A stretch of 64,000 nt of DNA from Octopus sinensis. Its lineage: Eukaryota. Position 1 is the stretch's first letter. Every line of letters begins with the position of its first letter. Of the stretch, positions 49,223 through 63,169 are shown one piece after another. The notes beneath the pieces are model-generated. The model was given only the letters and a program-made list of their open reading frames with translations, ran no database searches and had not been told where the DNA came from. The position numbers and the translations under genes were made by a program. Location: positions 2,294,001 through 2,358,000 of the forward strand of contig NC_043014.1 in assembly GCF_006345805.1 (NCBI RefSeq), in the 5' to 3' direction.

Positions 49223-49525
49223 TACCCACCCTGATCCAGCAAGTGGTTGCTGTCCTGTAGAAATCAACTCACTTCAAACTTTCCTGGCACTTTTTCCTCC
49301 CCTCCATCTGCCCCACGATCGATCTACACCAACTTTATCCCAACAATTTTACCTCTTATTCCTACAATTATCCCTTTTAATCAACAATAACAACCACCAA
49401 GCACCTGCAAAGCAACAAATTCGGATTATTATCTTTCTTTTTTTTAATTTATAATTGATTTTCTTTTCTACTTTTGCACATTTCCATTCCCAATTATCTC
49501 CATCCAGGCGGATTAATTAATCAAG

Positions 49526-49580
49526 ATGAACTTTCTTCTGGCGATTTCTGTACCTCTAACGACTTTCTTATTGTTGTTCA
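49526..49580 (+). CDS. First coding exon encoding a signal-peptide-like N-terminus
   Basis: Polypyrimidine-CAG acceptor 49506-49507, AAGATG start, MNFLLAISVPLTTFLLLF, phase-1 GTAAGT donor. Confidence 0.65.
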
Positions 49581-49639
49581 GTAAGTATTTTTGCATTCAA
49601 AAATTGTTTCTAACCAATCTTAAACACTTCACCTCCTCT

Positions 49640-50125
49640 CTCTCTCTATATATATATATATATTCTTTTATGTATGTAGGTATATATATATATTCTTTTA
49701 TGTATGTATGTATATATATATTCTTTTATGTGTGTATATATATATACTTTTATGTGTGTATATATATATACTTTTATGTATGTATATATATATATTCTTT
49801 TATGTATGTATGTATATATATATATATATATTTTATGTATGTATATATTATATATATATTTTATGTATGTATATATATATATATATTTTATGTATGTATA
49901 TATATATATTTTATGTATGTATGTATATATATTTTATGTATGTATGTATATATATATATATTTTATGTATGTATGTATATATATATATATTTTATGTATG
50001 TATGTATATATATATATATTTTATGTATGTATGTATATATATATATTTTATGTATGTATGTATATATATATATTTTATGTATGTATGTATATATATTCTT
50101 TTATGTATGTATGTATATATATATT
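49640..50125. repeat. AT-rich minisatellite (TTTTATGTATGTATG(TA)n units)
   Basis: Direct inspection. Confidence 0.9.
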
Positions 50126-50449
50126 ACCAGATATGCATAAAATTAAGCAATGTTTTATTATTCAAAGTGTATGCGAAGCAAAATATAATTATATATATAT
50201 ATATATATATTCTTTTATGTATATATATATATATCTTTATATAGAGAGATTCAGATGAATATGGTACTTAAGTTGAGGCACCAGAATTTAGTATTGTATT
50301 AACCATACAATTTAAAAGTAAGGTGATTAAAATCAAAATAAGCAACACTATTTTGAATATATATATACATACATACATACATACATATATATATATATGC
50401 TTGTTATAAAAATTTCTCTTTATATATACACGTGTGTCTATCTCTCTCC

Positions 50450-50480
<31 letters not shown>

Positions 50481-50566
50481 ATATATATATATGTGTGTGT
50501 GTGTGTATATATAATATACACACGTCATATATATATATTTATGTGAATATAATATACACACGTCAC

Positions 50567-50606
<40 letters not shown>

Positions 50607-50655
50607 GCCCACAACTCTTATATTCATATATATGTGGTCATCTTTCGTTTCCACC

Positions 50656-50694
<39 letters not shown>

Positions 50695-51149
50695 CTTTCC
50701 ATATACACACGTGTGTATATATATATATATATATATATCTGTCTCTCTCTCCCCTTTAATGACACCACACCTTCTCACATATTTACTGTTTTATGTCATG
50801 TTTATATGCCTCTCTCCTCTCTTCCGACCTCCAAAACTAGGACAAGATAACAAGGCGGTCTGCTGAAAAATCTAATCTGAAGTTTTAAATTATTTCTATC
50901 TCCGGGCAACAAGCTTTTACGATGCTTTTTTCTCTCTCTCTTCAATTAAAAAATCTTAAAATGAACTTTAATTGCACGCACACACTTGAATTGAAAGAAA
51001 GAAATTGAAAAATACACGGGTTTTGAAATGGTAAAAAATTATTTAAATACTGAAGTGGATCTCCGTCGTTCGACTATGACGATTCTGTTGTTCAATCTAC
51101 AGAACATGCTGCTGAATTAACAACTAAGTGGTTGAGTGTTCCATAGACA

Positions 51150-51549
51150 TACTCTTTACTCTTACTCTTTTACTTGTTTCAGTCATTTGACTGCGGCCAT
51201 GCTGGAGCACCGCCTTTAGTCGAGCAAATCGACCCCGGGACTTATTTTTTGTAAGCCCAGTACTTATTCTATCGGTCTCTTTTGCCGAACCGCTAAGTGA
51301 CGGGGACGTAAACACACCAGCATCGGTTGTCAAGCAATGCTAGGGGGACAAACACAAACACACACATACATATATATACATATATACGACAGGCTTCTTT
51401 CAGTTTCCGTCTACCAAATCCACTCACAAGGCATTGGTCGGCCCGGGGCTATAGCAGAAGACACTTGCCCAAGATGCCACGCAGTGGGACTGAACCCAGA
51501 ACCATGTGGTTGGTTAGCAAGCTACTTACCACACAGCCACTCCTGCGCC
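51150..51549 (-). mobile_element. SINE family A, full length
   Basis: GGCGCAGGAGTGGCTGTGTGG head through (TAAGAG)n tail. Confidence 0.9.
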
Positions 51550-51755
51550 TATACATGTCTACCTTTTAACTTTATTCTCAGGCAAAATTGGGGGGACGAG
51601 GCTGTACTTTTTTAAAAATCTAAATGCAATCCAAAATACTCAACGGGCTTCAGTACAGTTTCCGTTTACCCTGTTTCACTTACGCAATGTGGATCAACCC
51701 GAAGCGGAAAAAAATGCCATTCATCTAAGATGTCAGGGTTTTGTTTCTATGAAGT

Positions 51756-51919
51756 CCCTGGGGCACAATTGCGGGCAGAGGTAAAGAATGCGTACACTAC
51801 ATGTTTTCGGCGCAACAAAAGCCCTAGTCCTAACCTTAAACCCTAACCCTCGCCCCTAAATCCTAACCGTAAACACCCTGTGTACGTATTATTTACTTTC
51901 GCCTAATTGTATAGGTATT
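51756..51919. mobile_element. Small TIR element with internal degenerate CCCTAA repeats
   Basis: Imperfect inverted termini (ACAATT..GGC..AGTAAA / TTTACT..GCC..AATTGT); internal CCTAAC/CCCTAA run. Confidence 0.45.
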
Positions 51920-54614
51920 CCTTATAAGAAGGTCGGGTGAACTTTCGAAATTGCTGTCCCTCATAATTTGGCATTTTCCAAAGTTTGTATATCACACTTT
52001 TGAAAACAATAAAGGGAAGCCCTTTTTCCCAAAGAAAAAAAAAGTAGATACATTTTTAATCATCTGCCTCCACCCTTCATCGTTCCTTTGGGACTGCAAA
52101 TAAAAATCATTTTAATAGTGATTGCTGTTCCTAAGGCACGATGCAAAATGGGAAGAGACATTGAAAAAAAAATTCATAATTTAAATTTCTATTTTTTAGG
52201 ATTTACCCCCTTTATTTTGAAATGTGTGGTACTTAAAAAGTCTGCAAAAACTCCAACCAAAAGGGAGGAATTCAAACTTGTGTGACCACCCTTCCGATAG
52301 TCCCGCCGTTATATCTAGGCTTACATTATGTAATATATCCCTTTTTCTTATTTAAAATATCAGTATGTAAACAGAGAAGAAACCGCCACTACCTTCCAGC
52401 TGTGACCATCACGGTCTTTTGTTTATTTTTTAAGGGTAGCTAGATACGGGTGGTGCGTTTGTAGAATCGTTAGAGCGTCGGACAAAATGCTTAGCGATAT
52501 TTAATTACTGTCTTTTAAATTCTGGGTTCGTTTCTTGCCAAACACAACTATACTTTTCATCCTTCCGAGCTCGATAAAATAAAATGCTAGTCTAGTGCTG
52601 GGATTCATTTGTGTTCCTAATAAAGTGCCCTAGATGTGAATGGATTTATGATAGAAGACACAGCCTTATCTAATGTACCCAGCCCCTGTTTTTTTTGTTT
52701 GTTTGTTTTTTTTAACACAGTGGGGGTAATTTGAAAGATACTTGCTCCCATTTCTAGGAACTGCCGAACTATAACTCAGACGTCCCTTCGTATTTGCAGT
52801 TGACACGCATATATATACATATACACGCATTTACACTCACATTAATGTAGGTTTGTCGTAACTTCATCTGTTTCAGACACTTACTTACACATATCTGAGT
52901 GATGAAACCGAGGAAGTAGTAGGGAAATAACAAGTGCCAGATGGCAGATTGTTAGTGTGTAACTGCATAGAGAAAACTAGGGTTCGTCTACGTTGCTGTG
53001 AGATGTAGCCGCCCAGTTTGTCTCAGATCACACTGTGCTGCCATAAAACGGAAGAAAGATACATAGAAATATGTAGTTTGTGGATAAACTAAAAGCTGTC
53101 AGTCATGGCGGGAACATCTTTCCCTGAAAGGGATCTGGGCCTACCTACGGTGAAACAAGCAACATGTAGACGTACAGATACAAGCGTAGCTATGTGGTTA
53201 ACAAGTTAACCATTTTGAAGAAGACTGGCAGTTGCCCATCTTTGACCACAACATCCGTGCTTACACCTTAAACGAAAGATGCTTATTGCTCCTAAGTTTC
53301 TCTAGCAGTTCCCCATCTTATTACTAACTAGATTTCATCGGACGACAGCCAGTTTGTTCAGTACGATTGTTCCAAAAGCACATACACATAAATGGCCTTT
53401 CATCTCTTTGGGGTCTCTGCCATAAACATACACAGGCATGGCCTTTCATATCTTTGGGGTCACTTAAATAAGTACTGGTAAAGTGCACTACAGTCGATGT
53501 AATCCACTTACCACTTGCCCCAAACTTTCAGGCCTTGTACCTATAGTAGTAAGGGTTATTATCAAGATGGCAAACTGGCAGAATCCTTAGTGCTATGAAC
53601 AAATGCTAAGCTTTACATCCAGAATTCAAATTCCACTGAAGTCGACTTTGCTTTCATCCTTTCAGGGCCAAGAAAAATAAGTTCCAGCTGAGCACAGGGG
53701 TCATTGTAATTGACTTGTCCCCCACTAAAATTGCTGGTCTTCTGCCAAATTTTCAAACAATTATTGAAGGCTGTGAGCTGGTAGAATCATTAGTACCTTG
53801 GGCAAAATGTTTAGCAGCACCTATTCTGGTACTTTTGTACTTGTGAATGGATTTTCTAAATGAAAACTGAAAGAATCCCATTCTATATATATATATATAT
53901 ATATATATTTGTTTATGTGTGTATGTTGATATATATATATATTGGAGCCTGGTGCAGCCATCTGGTTTGCCAGTCCTCTATCAAATTGTCCAACCCATGC
54001 TAGTATGGAAAGCGGACGTTAAACGATGATATATATATATATGATAGACTCTCCTGTTGTTTGACGGCATATGAGGGTTCGACAATTTCTTATCGTACAA
54101 CCACACAGATGATTTGTTTATAGTGATCATATGTTTGTGTACACATAAGCTCACTCCGTCCATCAAATCAACATTACCTGTACAGGTGCTACATGTCAGA
54201 TGACGAAATAATCGAAGAGCAACGTGAAGTGAAGTTCTTTTCTCAAGAACACAACGCAACGCTGGGAATTGAACCCACGATCTTGCAGTCGTGAGTGCCA
54301 ACACCCTAACCACTGAGCCATGCATCTATGTATGTATGTATGTATGTGTGTGTGTGATGCTTGTGAGTGCCACTGTAATGCTGGCAGTGTCCTTTGTTTC
54401 CAATCATCTTAGATTTGTCCGATCATGGAGTGAATGTTCCTTTGCTTGGGAACAGGTGAGGGTTGGTGACAGCAAGGGCAACCAACTGCAGAAATTCTGT
54501 CAACAAATTCTGTCTGGCCCGTGGAATCATGGAAAAATAGGCATAAATTGACAACAATTATATTGGGTTTTAACAACAGTCTGTACCATTTTCTAAGTAG
54601 AAATTCAAATATAA

Positions 54615-55700
54615 TCTCTTATTATAAAAGGCAGATTTTATCTGCCTCCCTTTGTATCTTATAGAAATCTACAATATAGGATTTCATCAATTACAATTTA
54701 CCTAGCATTTTTAAGAGTAGAATGCATCGGGTCGTGCCAGGTCCAGTTTTTAAAATTTCAACCCCAATTAAGCAAAATTTAGAGAAAACTCACATTCTGG
54801 TGTATAAGTCAAATGCTTTTCTTAGTGTGGCTTACACCACACGCACACGCACACACACAGTGTGCAACGAATAAAGTGAAAGTAATTCACTTTTTGTACT
54901 GAGTGACTCTTTCACTCTGCCACTTCCTGTTTACACACATAGACACGCAAATATATAAATAAAATTGTAAGCTAACGTGTGTGTGTGTGTGTGAGGGTGT
55001 GTGTGCGTGTGCGTGAGTGTGTGACAGGAAAGTTTTTTAGGACGAATATAAGACCTATATCCAAGTAGCAGAAAGATCGCCCAAAAGTGTATATAGATAT
55101 TTAAATGTATTTATATATTCATCTATACACAGATGTATGTATAATGTGTGTGTATATATTTCCATAGAGGTAACCTTTCACTCCATACAAAGTTTTTTAG
55201 GACGAATATAAGATCTAAAGTATATACAAGTAGCAGAAAGATCGCCCAAAAGTGTATATAGATATTTAAATGTATTTATATATTCATCTATACACAGATG
55301 TATGTATAATGTGTGTGTATATATTTCCATAGAGGTAACCATTCACTCCGCACAAAGTTTTTTAGGACGAAAATAAGATCTAAAGTTATCTCTAAGTAGC
55401 ACAAAGATCGCCCAAAAGTGTATATAGATATATAAATGTATTTATATATTCATCTATGCACACATGTATGTATAACGTGTGTGTATATATTCCATAGAGG
55501 TAACCATTCACTCCATACAAAGTTTTTTAGGACGAAAATAAGATCTAAAGTTATCTCTAAGAAACAGAAAGATCGCCCAAAAGTGTATATAGATATTTAA
55601 ATGTATTTATATATTCATCTATACACACATGTATGTATAATGTGCATGTATATATTTCCATAGAGGTAACCATTCAATCCATATAAAGTTTTTTAGAACG
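54615..55700 (+). mobile_element. Helitron-like 5' segment carrying a ~165-bp tandem array
   Basis: A|TCTCTTATTATAAAAGGCAG start; units begin ~55029, 55189, 55354, 55519, 55685. Confidence 0.6.
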
Positions 55701-55704
55701 AAAA

Positions 55705-56550
55705 TATTTATATATAAAAGAAAGGTTGTGTGTCTGTCTACTCCGATTTAGATTCCTAACTACTCCCACATTTTGCAATGCAGTTTAACCAAAACCGGGT
55801 ATCTTATAGTCGTGATTCATATCGAGCCCTCTGAGTATTAGCGCGTGTCTACGATGAGTCTATGATTTTACAAATAATTTACCATCATTTTTTTCCATTT
55901 TAATGCATATTTTTTTAAATAAACGGAAGTAACTCTCAAACTTCACACCAATATGCGTGCTCATATGCGACGTAATATCATATCAGCAGCATTTCCTCAC
56001 ACCCTCCTTGCACTTGGCGAAGGCAAAATACCAGGGGATGAAAATGGTAATATTGCCATTGATTCCATTTGTACCATTGTTAAGACGCCTTCTGATCTCA
56101 GAGATGCAGTGTTCCCAGATCTACAAGCTAATTATCAGAATATGGATTGGATTGGCAAAAAGGCTATACTGGCCCCGAGGAATAAAACTGTTCACCATAT
56201 TAATGATGAAATGCTAAAACTCATTCCTGGGGAAGTCTATGTATATCAGTCTATCGATACAACTCCTGACCCAGAGGACGTCATCAACTATCCAATAGAG
56301 GTACTCAATTCCTTTGAGCACCCCGGACTACCACCACACTTTCTCAAACTTAAAGTTGGTGCCCCTATAATGCTCATCAGAAATTTGGTTCCCCCAAAAC
56401 AATGCAACGGCACACGTTTGATCGTTAAGTCCTTATCTCCCACCGTAAACTTATATCAATATTTGCCTGAATAATCATCATAATTCAGTGCAATCATTAA
56501 CAGTACTTTCAAGCAATTCAGCCCCGAGCAACGCCGGGCAATTCTGCTAG
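55705..56550 (+). mobile_element. Helitron carrying PIF1-helicase fragment
   Basis: Same 5' body as 40071; internal LLALGEG...AILAPRN..V..IN...NYPIEVLNS...GLPPH.LKLKVGAPIMLIRNL...CNGTRL; hairpin and CTAG|T end. Confidence 0.9.
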
Positions 56551-56769
56551 TACTTAGATATTTGTACAAAACTTTATTCAACCATGTGCCAGAGGCATGT
56601 AAAAAGCACCCACTGCACTCTTGGAGTGGTTGGCATTAGGAAGGGCGTCCAACCATAGAAACCATACCAAATCAGATTGGAACCTGGTGCAGCTCTCTGG
56701 CTTACCAGTTTTCACTCAAACCATCCAGCCCATGCCAGCATGGAAGACATATTAAAAGATAATGAATAT

Positions 56770-57847
56770 GATAATGATGTCCCATTTTGTTTCACTACCT
56801 TTCACCACCTTTGAGATAGCTTCAAGAACCCATCCTTCCAGACCTTGGTGCTTTTCTTGGACATGAACTGGTCTATGTGGTTTCACAGTCTCTTAAAAAC
56901 ATTATAGAATTTTGTAAGGATCAAAACAAATGGTACTCCAAAGGTGCAAGGTCTGTAAGTGCAGTGGGTGTTGTTGGACATCCTAGCCAAGCTGTATTAA
57001 TTTTTGCTGGGTCTGTAAGGTAACTTGAGATCTAGCATTGTCCTGAAGGGAGATTGCACCCTTCCATTTAGACAATTCTAGATGTTTCCATTAATAGCCT
57101 CCAACAATAATTATCTGAATATCAGAAGGTGCTTGTAATACTCAATGCCCTTCAAATCCTGCCAGAAAGAGAGCATCACCTTTGGATCCTGACACCTTCT
57201 AGACTGACTAATGGTGGTTCGTTTCATTTTCTCTCAGGCCTTTTTTAATCCACTTTGTTGTAAACCATTTCTCATCAGCTGCGATCATTTTTTTTTCAAA
57301 AATGGTATTGTTTTTGTTGCATTAGAGCAGAGAATTGCAGATAGAAATGCAGTCTATTAAATTTTTTTCTATTAAATTTTGAGACACCTGAATGTATCCA
57401 AGTGGTTTTAAATGCTCTGTTAGGCTCTTATGAGATGTATGAAGTATCTTGCAATATCTCATGTCATGTAACCTGGTTATTTTCGATTCCTGTTTTGATT
57501 TGGTCATCATCCACTGAATGAAGAGCTTCCAGAACCCTCTTTGTCTTCTAGGTCAGAGTTTCCACTCTTAAACCTAGCCAACGGTCCTCTCAGCTTTGGT
57601 GCCATCTCCATAAACTGCACAAATCTTTTTGCTGTTTGTACAGCATTTTTTCCCTTTCGTCATCAAATAACGAAAATGTATCTCATTTGCCTCCGTTTTA
57701 AACTTTTGAGACAAAAACAGTAGAAATAAACAAATCCACAGTAATTGTTGAGAAGGACATGTTGAAATGTCACCTTTCAGAAACAAAAGTACATGTTCAA
57801 ACACCATCAACTGAAAAAAAGATACACACTTAAGTTTCAACCTATAT
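56770..57847 (-). mobile_element. Mariner transposase pseudogene, near full length
   Basis: KKICAVYG, NLIDCISICNSLL..ADEKW, QDNARS, DLAP..YHLF, KLSQRW motifs with stops. Confidence 0.8.
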
Positions 57848-57854
57848 ATATATA

Positions 57855-58160
57855 TAATGGCGTTAGGAAGGGCATCCAGCTGTAGAAACTCTGCCAGATC
57901 AGATTGGAGCCTGGTGCAGCCATCTGTTTCGCCAATCCTCAAGTCAAATCGTTCAACCCATGCCAGCATGGAAAGCAGCCGTTAAATGATGATGCACCCA
58001 CTAACACTCATGGAGTGGTTGGCGTTAGGAAGGGCATCCAGCCGTAGAAACATTGCCAGATCAGACTGGCCCTGGTGCAGCCTTCTGGCTTCCCAGACCC
58101 CTGTTGAACTGTCCAACCCATGCTAGCATGGAAAGCGGACGCTAAACGATGATGATATAT
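57855..58160 (+). mobile_element. Two tandem RTE 3' tail fragments
   Basis: GGCGTTAGGAAGGGCATCCAGC...GATGAT twice. Confidence 0.75.
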
Positions 58161-58169
58161 ATATATATA

Positions 58170-58620
58170 GCATCTGCCTAGGGATCCTGCTATCCTTCAT
58201 TCTCATAAGGCGTCCAGTCCAATGTAACCAGTGCTTGTGCACCATCGCCTCAATACTTAGGATATTACTTTGCTGCAATTTAAGGGCTGTGTCGAGTCCT
58301 CATTAAAGGCCTGTGTGCTGGAGACTGACTGGGAGAGCAATGCTTGTCTTCACTACAGATGGTGGAAGTAGGCTAAAGAGGGGATGAACACTTTTGAGAG
58401 AGCACGTATTTAGTATAAAGAACTTAAGCGTGCTGCTTGAAAGTGCACTGGTGGTGTAGCTTGGTCTGCAATGTTTGCAGTCGTGTATGCTTGTCAAGAG
58501 CAGGGCTCATTAGCAACCAAAGGATCCGCAAATGCAAAATATAAGTTAGTCCTAGAGTGGACAATGTTCCTGCAGGTCAGCAATGGTTTTCTTAAGTCAC
58601 GAGGGGATGGCCATCTTAAT
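58170..58620 (-). mobile_element. Second RTE-family RT remnant
   Basis: Degraded SIEAMV...HWTG...RMKDSRIPRQML. Confidence 0.55.
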
Positions 58621-59195
58621 ATATATGTATATATATCCCAGTTGCCATTACAACTCTGCTCTTTCAGTTCCTTGTCATCTTGTTTGTGAGAGTCAGCCTC
58701 TTTTAATGATTGTGTGTGATGTGCTGTATTGTATGGCAGCCAAGCAAGGTCATTGTATGTGAAGGATGGAAAGGAATAAAGCAAGTATGCTTTGCAAGAT
58801 ACGAAATGCTAGTGTTTATAAAGAACAATGAGAGAAAAATTGGATGTTAGGGGAAACTGAATAAGTGTATTGTGTTTGACCAGGAGTGTTGATTGTATGT
58901 GCATTATATGCATGTGTTGTTACATTTATATACACACAACTGCATATACATGCTCTGTTCAAGTGAGTCTGCATATGTATATATTTATACATGTGAATCT
59001 GTATTCATGTATCTGTGTGTAGTGCATAAGTGTTTTTGCTATTATAGTGAGGTGGGAAGGGCCCAAGATGTTTTACAAGGTCTCCAAGACCAACAGGAGG
59101 AAAGGGGGGAAGATATCCTCAACTGGAGATCTGGCTCAAATACTTGCACAACCACCCAAGTAAGCCACAGTGGGATTTGAACTCAGAAAGCAAAC

Positions 59196-59566
59196 AGGTG
59201 CAGGAGTGGCTGTGTGGTAAGTAGCTTGCTAACCAACCACATGGTTCCGGGTTCAGTCCCACTGCGTGGCATCTTGGGCAAGTGTCTTCTGCTATAGCCC
59301 CGGGCCGACCAATGCCTTGTGAGTGGATTTGGTAGACGGAAACTGAAAGAAGCCTGTCGTATATATGTATATATATATGTGTGTGTGTATATGTTTGTGT
59401 GTCTGTGTTTATGTCCCCGTCACTTAGCGGTTCGACAAAAGAAACCGATAGAATAAGTACTGGGCTTACAAAGAATAAGTACCGGGGTCGATTTGCTCGA
59501 TTAAAGGCGGTGCTCCAGCATGGCCGCAGTCAAATGATTGAAACAAGTAAAGAGTAAGAGTAAAGA
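59196..59566 (+). mobile_element. SINE family A
   Basis: Head, internal (TA/TG)n, body and tail. Confidence 0.9.
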
Positions 59567-59789
59567 GTTGTCTTTTATCTCTTACTTGTTTCAGTCATTA
59601 GAATATGGCCATGCTGGGGCACCACCTCAAAGAATTTTTTGTTAAATGGATCAACCCCAGTACTTGTTTTATATTTTAAGCCTGGTACTTATTCTGTCAG
59701 TGTCTTCTACTGAACTGCTAAGTTGCGAGGACATAAACACACCATCACTGGTTGTCCAGCAGTGGCGGGGGACAAACACAGATATAAAA

Positions 59790-59873
<84 letters not shown>

Positions 59874-59877
59874 GTGT

Positions 59878-60143
59878 GTGTAGTTCTCGGGGATATCCAG
59901 CATGACACAGAGAGTGACAAGGCCGGCCCTTTGAAATACAGGTACAACAGAAACAGGAAGTAAGAGTGAGAGAAAGTTGTGGTGAAAGAGTACAGCAGGG
60001 ATCACCACCATCCCCTGCCGGAGACTCGTGGAGCTTTCGGTGTTTTCGCTCAATAAACACTCACAACGCCCGGTCTGGGAATCGAAACCGCGATCCTACG
60101 ACCGCGAGTCCGCTGCCCTAACCACTGGGCCATTGCGCCTCCA
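59878..60143 (-). mobile_element. SINE family B
   Basis: GGAGGCGCAATGGCCCAGTGGTTAGGG head. Confidence 0.85.
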
Positions 60144-60649
60144 CATTTATAGTATTAAATAGTCAGTGTAGAGTGGTCTGTTCTGTTGTGTAGAAAGAGC
60201 TGTTCTTCAAACAGCAAGATTGCAAAGCAACAGTAATAAATATATAGAAAACCATCTTTTCTATGCATCAACACATGTAGACAAGGTTGTTGGTGGTTAG
60301 GTGTGCCTGTTGATATAGCAGCACACTAATTGCTGATTGGTTGATAAGAATCTAATTAATTGATGAATCAATTAAAAACTGCATCTGCAACTTTGTCACC
60401 ATTACACTGCCATATGTGTCTCACCTGTTTTCAAGGAGACATTCACTAACATTCTCCTTTGTTCTGTGATATGAACCAGTTTAAAAAGATCTTAATTGAA
60501 AGCCTTCTGTCAAAATTCTGTGTTAATTCATATTCTAAACACCAGAATAATAATGAATAATGGCAAAGTTATTTTACTAAATTCTTTTATTTTCAAAATG
60601 ATAAATAATTTAAACAAAAATAGTGTTTCAACAGAAATATGATCACATA

Positions 60650-61045
60650 GGCGCAGGAGTGGCTGTGTGGTAAGTAGCTTGCTAACCAACCACATGTTTC
60701 TGGGTTCAGTCCCACTGCGTGGCATCTTGGGCAAGTGTCTTCTGCTATAGCCCTGGGCCGACCAATGCCTTGTGAGTGGATTTGGTAGACGGAAACTGAA
60801 AGAAGCCAGTCGTATATATGTATATATAAATATATGTTTATGTGTGTGTGTTTGTCCCCCTAGCATTGCTTGACAACCGATGCTGGTGTGTTTACGTCCC
60901 CGTCACTTAGCGGTTTGGCTAAAGAGACCGATAGAATAAGTACTAGGCTTATAAAGAATAAGTCCCGGGGTCGATTTGCTTGACTAAAGGCGGTGCTCCA
61001 GCATTGCCGCAGTCAAATGACTGAAACAAGTAAAAGAGTAAAAGA
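60650..61045 (+). mobile_element. SINE family A, full length
   Basis: Match to family consensus. Confidence 0.9.
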
Positions 61046-61783
61046 ATAAGCAAAAGGTTTAAATTCTTCCCAGGCAAATGGCTTAGTGGTTAGGGTGTTC
61101 AACGTCTTAATTACTGGACTGAGTGATGTCCTGGGCCATTGAGCAAGGCACTTCTTTTCCTGTTACACTTGTTTCCCCAACTAAAACTTTGTACCAGTTT
61201 CATGCTGGTACAGCCGTATTTTGCCCCAGCTGTCACAATGAATGTTCTGTTGCTGTTAAGAAATTCATTTTAGGACATGCCAAAAATAGGATGTACTTCC
61301 TGGCTCATCTGGATAGTAACTCCAAATAAAAAGCTTATGATGTTCACCTTGTTTTCTAAAAAGTTTATTTAATATTGGACAAAAAAAAATCATCGGTCAA
61401 AAAAGATGTTGAACCAAAAGACATGGATGAAATGACCTCGGACGAAAAGTCAGGTCATGGGAAACTGAACCCACGATCTCGCAATCGTGAGTACAACACA
61501 ATAACCACTAAGCCATGTGTCTTCGCACACACACACACATATATTTTACTTGTTTCAGTCATTTGACTGTGGCCATACTGGAGCACTGCCTTGAGGGGTT
61601 TTAGTGAAACAAATTGACCCTAAGACTTATTTTTTTAGCCTGGTACTTATTCTATCAGTCTCATTTGTTTTTTTACATCCTGAAAGAATGAAAGAAAAAG
61701 TCAACCTCAGCAGAGTTTGAACTCAGAACATAAAGACAGACCAAATTCCATTAAGCATTTTGTCCAGTATACCAACAATTCTC

Positions 61784-61816
<33 letters not shown>

Positions 61817-62385
61817 CCTTTTCTACTCTAAGCACAAAACTTGAAATTTCAGGGCGGGAGATAGTCGATGACATCGACCCCAGTGTTTAATCGATCCTTA
61901 TTTCATCGAACCCGAAAGGATGAAAGGCAAAGTTGACCTCGGTGGAATTTGAACTCAGAATGTAGCGATGTGCAAAATACCACTAAGAATTTTGCCTGGC
62001 ATGCTAACAAATCTGCCAGTTCGCTACCTTCATCTTAATAATAATAATAATAATAAATTCTGGTTTATTGGCCACAAGGGCTAACAAAAATCAAAACCAT
62101 ATAAGGACAAATACAGGATGAAAATTACAAAGGGTTTTGTCCGATAGAAACAATAATAATAATGGATGTCTGAAAGTATAATGGTTGAGAATACTTCTTT
62201 GCATTACATGTTGGCTCTTTGGAATGGCAGCAGACATCACCATACCTGATAAAATGCTTAGCAGCTGTTCACCTGTCTTTTACGATTTGAGTTCAAATTC
62301 TGCTGAGGTCAACTTTGCTTTCCATTCTTTCAGGGTCCGTGAAATAAGTACTAGTCGAGCACTAGAGTCAATGTAATCAACTAAT

Positions 62386-62681
62386 GGTACTGTTTGGTTA
62401 TCTCACCCCCATTAAAAAATTAGGTTATCTCCCCATTTTATGAAACATATCGGTACTTCTGGTTATTTCCCCTAAATAAAAAAATTGTTTAACCCTCAAT
62501 AAAACAAAAAGAACTGAAAAAATTAATAAAGATATACCTGTTGAAGAGGCCAAAAGTCAATATGTTGAAGTATTGAATCAAAAAGATCTAAATCTTTTAA
62601 TCTAATTTCTTGTTGCCACATTCAATTTTTTAGTGGGGAGATAACACATTTTTAATGGGGGTGAGATAACCAAAAAGTACC
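62386..62681. mobile_element. MITE with ~33-bp TIRs (Merlin- or hAT-like)
   Basis: GGTACTGTTTGGTTATCTCACCCCCATTAAAAA / reverse complement; 8-bp TSD CAACTAAT/CAACTAAC (1 mismatch). Confidence 0.75.
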
Positions 62682-62965
62682 CAACTAACTCCCTTGCCAC
62701 AAATTTCGTGCCTTATGCTGATAGCAGAAACGATTATATACTTGATGAGAATTTTTGAAAATCTTATTCCAAAATTTGGTATCTAAGAGGAATGACAAGT
62801 GCTGAGAAAAATCAATGCTTCCTTTTTTGCAATTTGACTGTAAAAGTTTGGTATGCAAGGGTTGGACATTTCTGCTTCGGGATACTTTCATTTGAACCGT
62901 GCTAGCATTGAAATACAGGCTATAAAACGATGAGGGGGAAATGACGATCTTTTTGAGGGATCCTA

Positions 62966-63148
62966 CTCTTTTATTTGTTTCAGTCATTTGACTGCGGCCA
63001 TGCTGGAGCATTGCCTTTTAGTCGATCAAATCGACCCTGGGACTTATTCTTTGTAAGTCCAGTACTTATTCTATCGGTCTCTTTTGCCGAACAGCTAAGT
63101 GACGGGAACGTAAACACACCAGCATCGGTTGTCAAGCAATGCTAGGAC
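62966..63148 (-). mobile_element. SINE family A, 3' half
   Basis: Match to family consensus. Confidence 0.85.
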
Positions 63149-63169
63149 AAACACACACATATATATATA

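Noticed and set aside
53330-53400. MFS-like DFIGRQP motif on plus strand
   Set aside because: Isolated short match with no flanking hydrophobic helices or usable splice sites.
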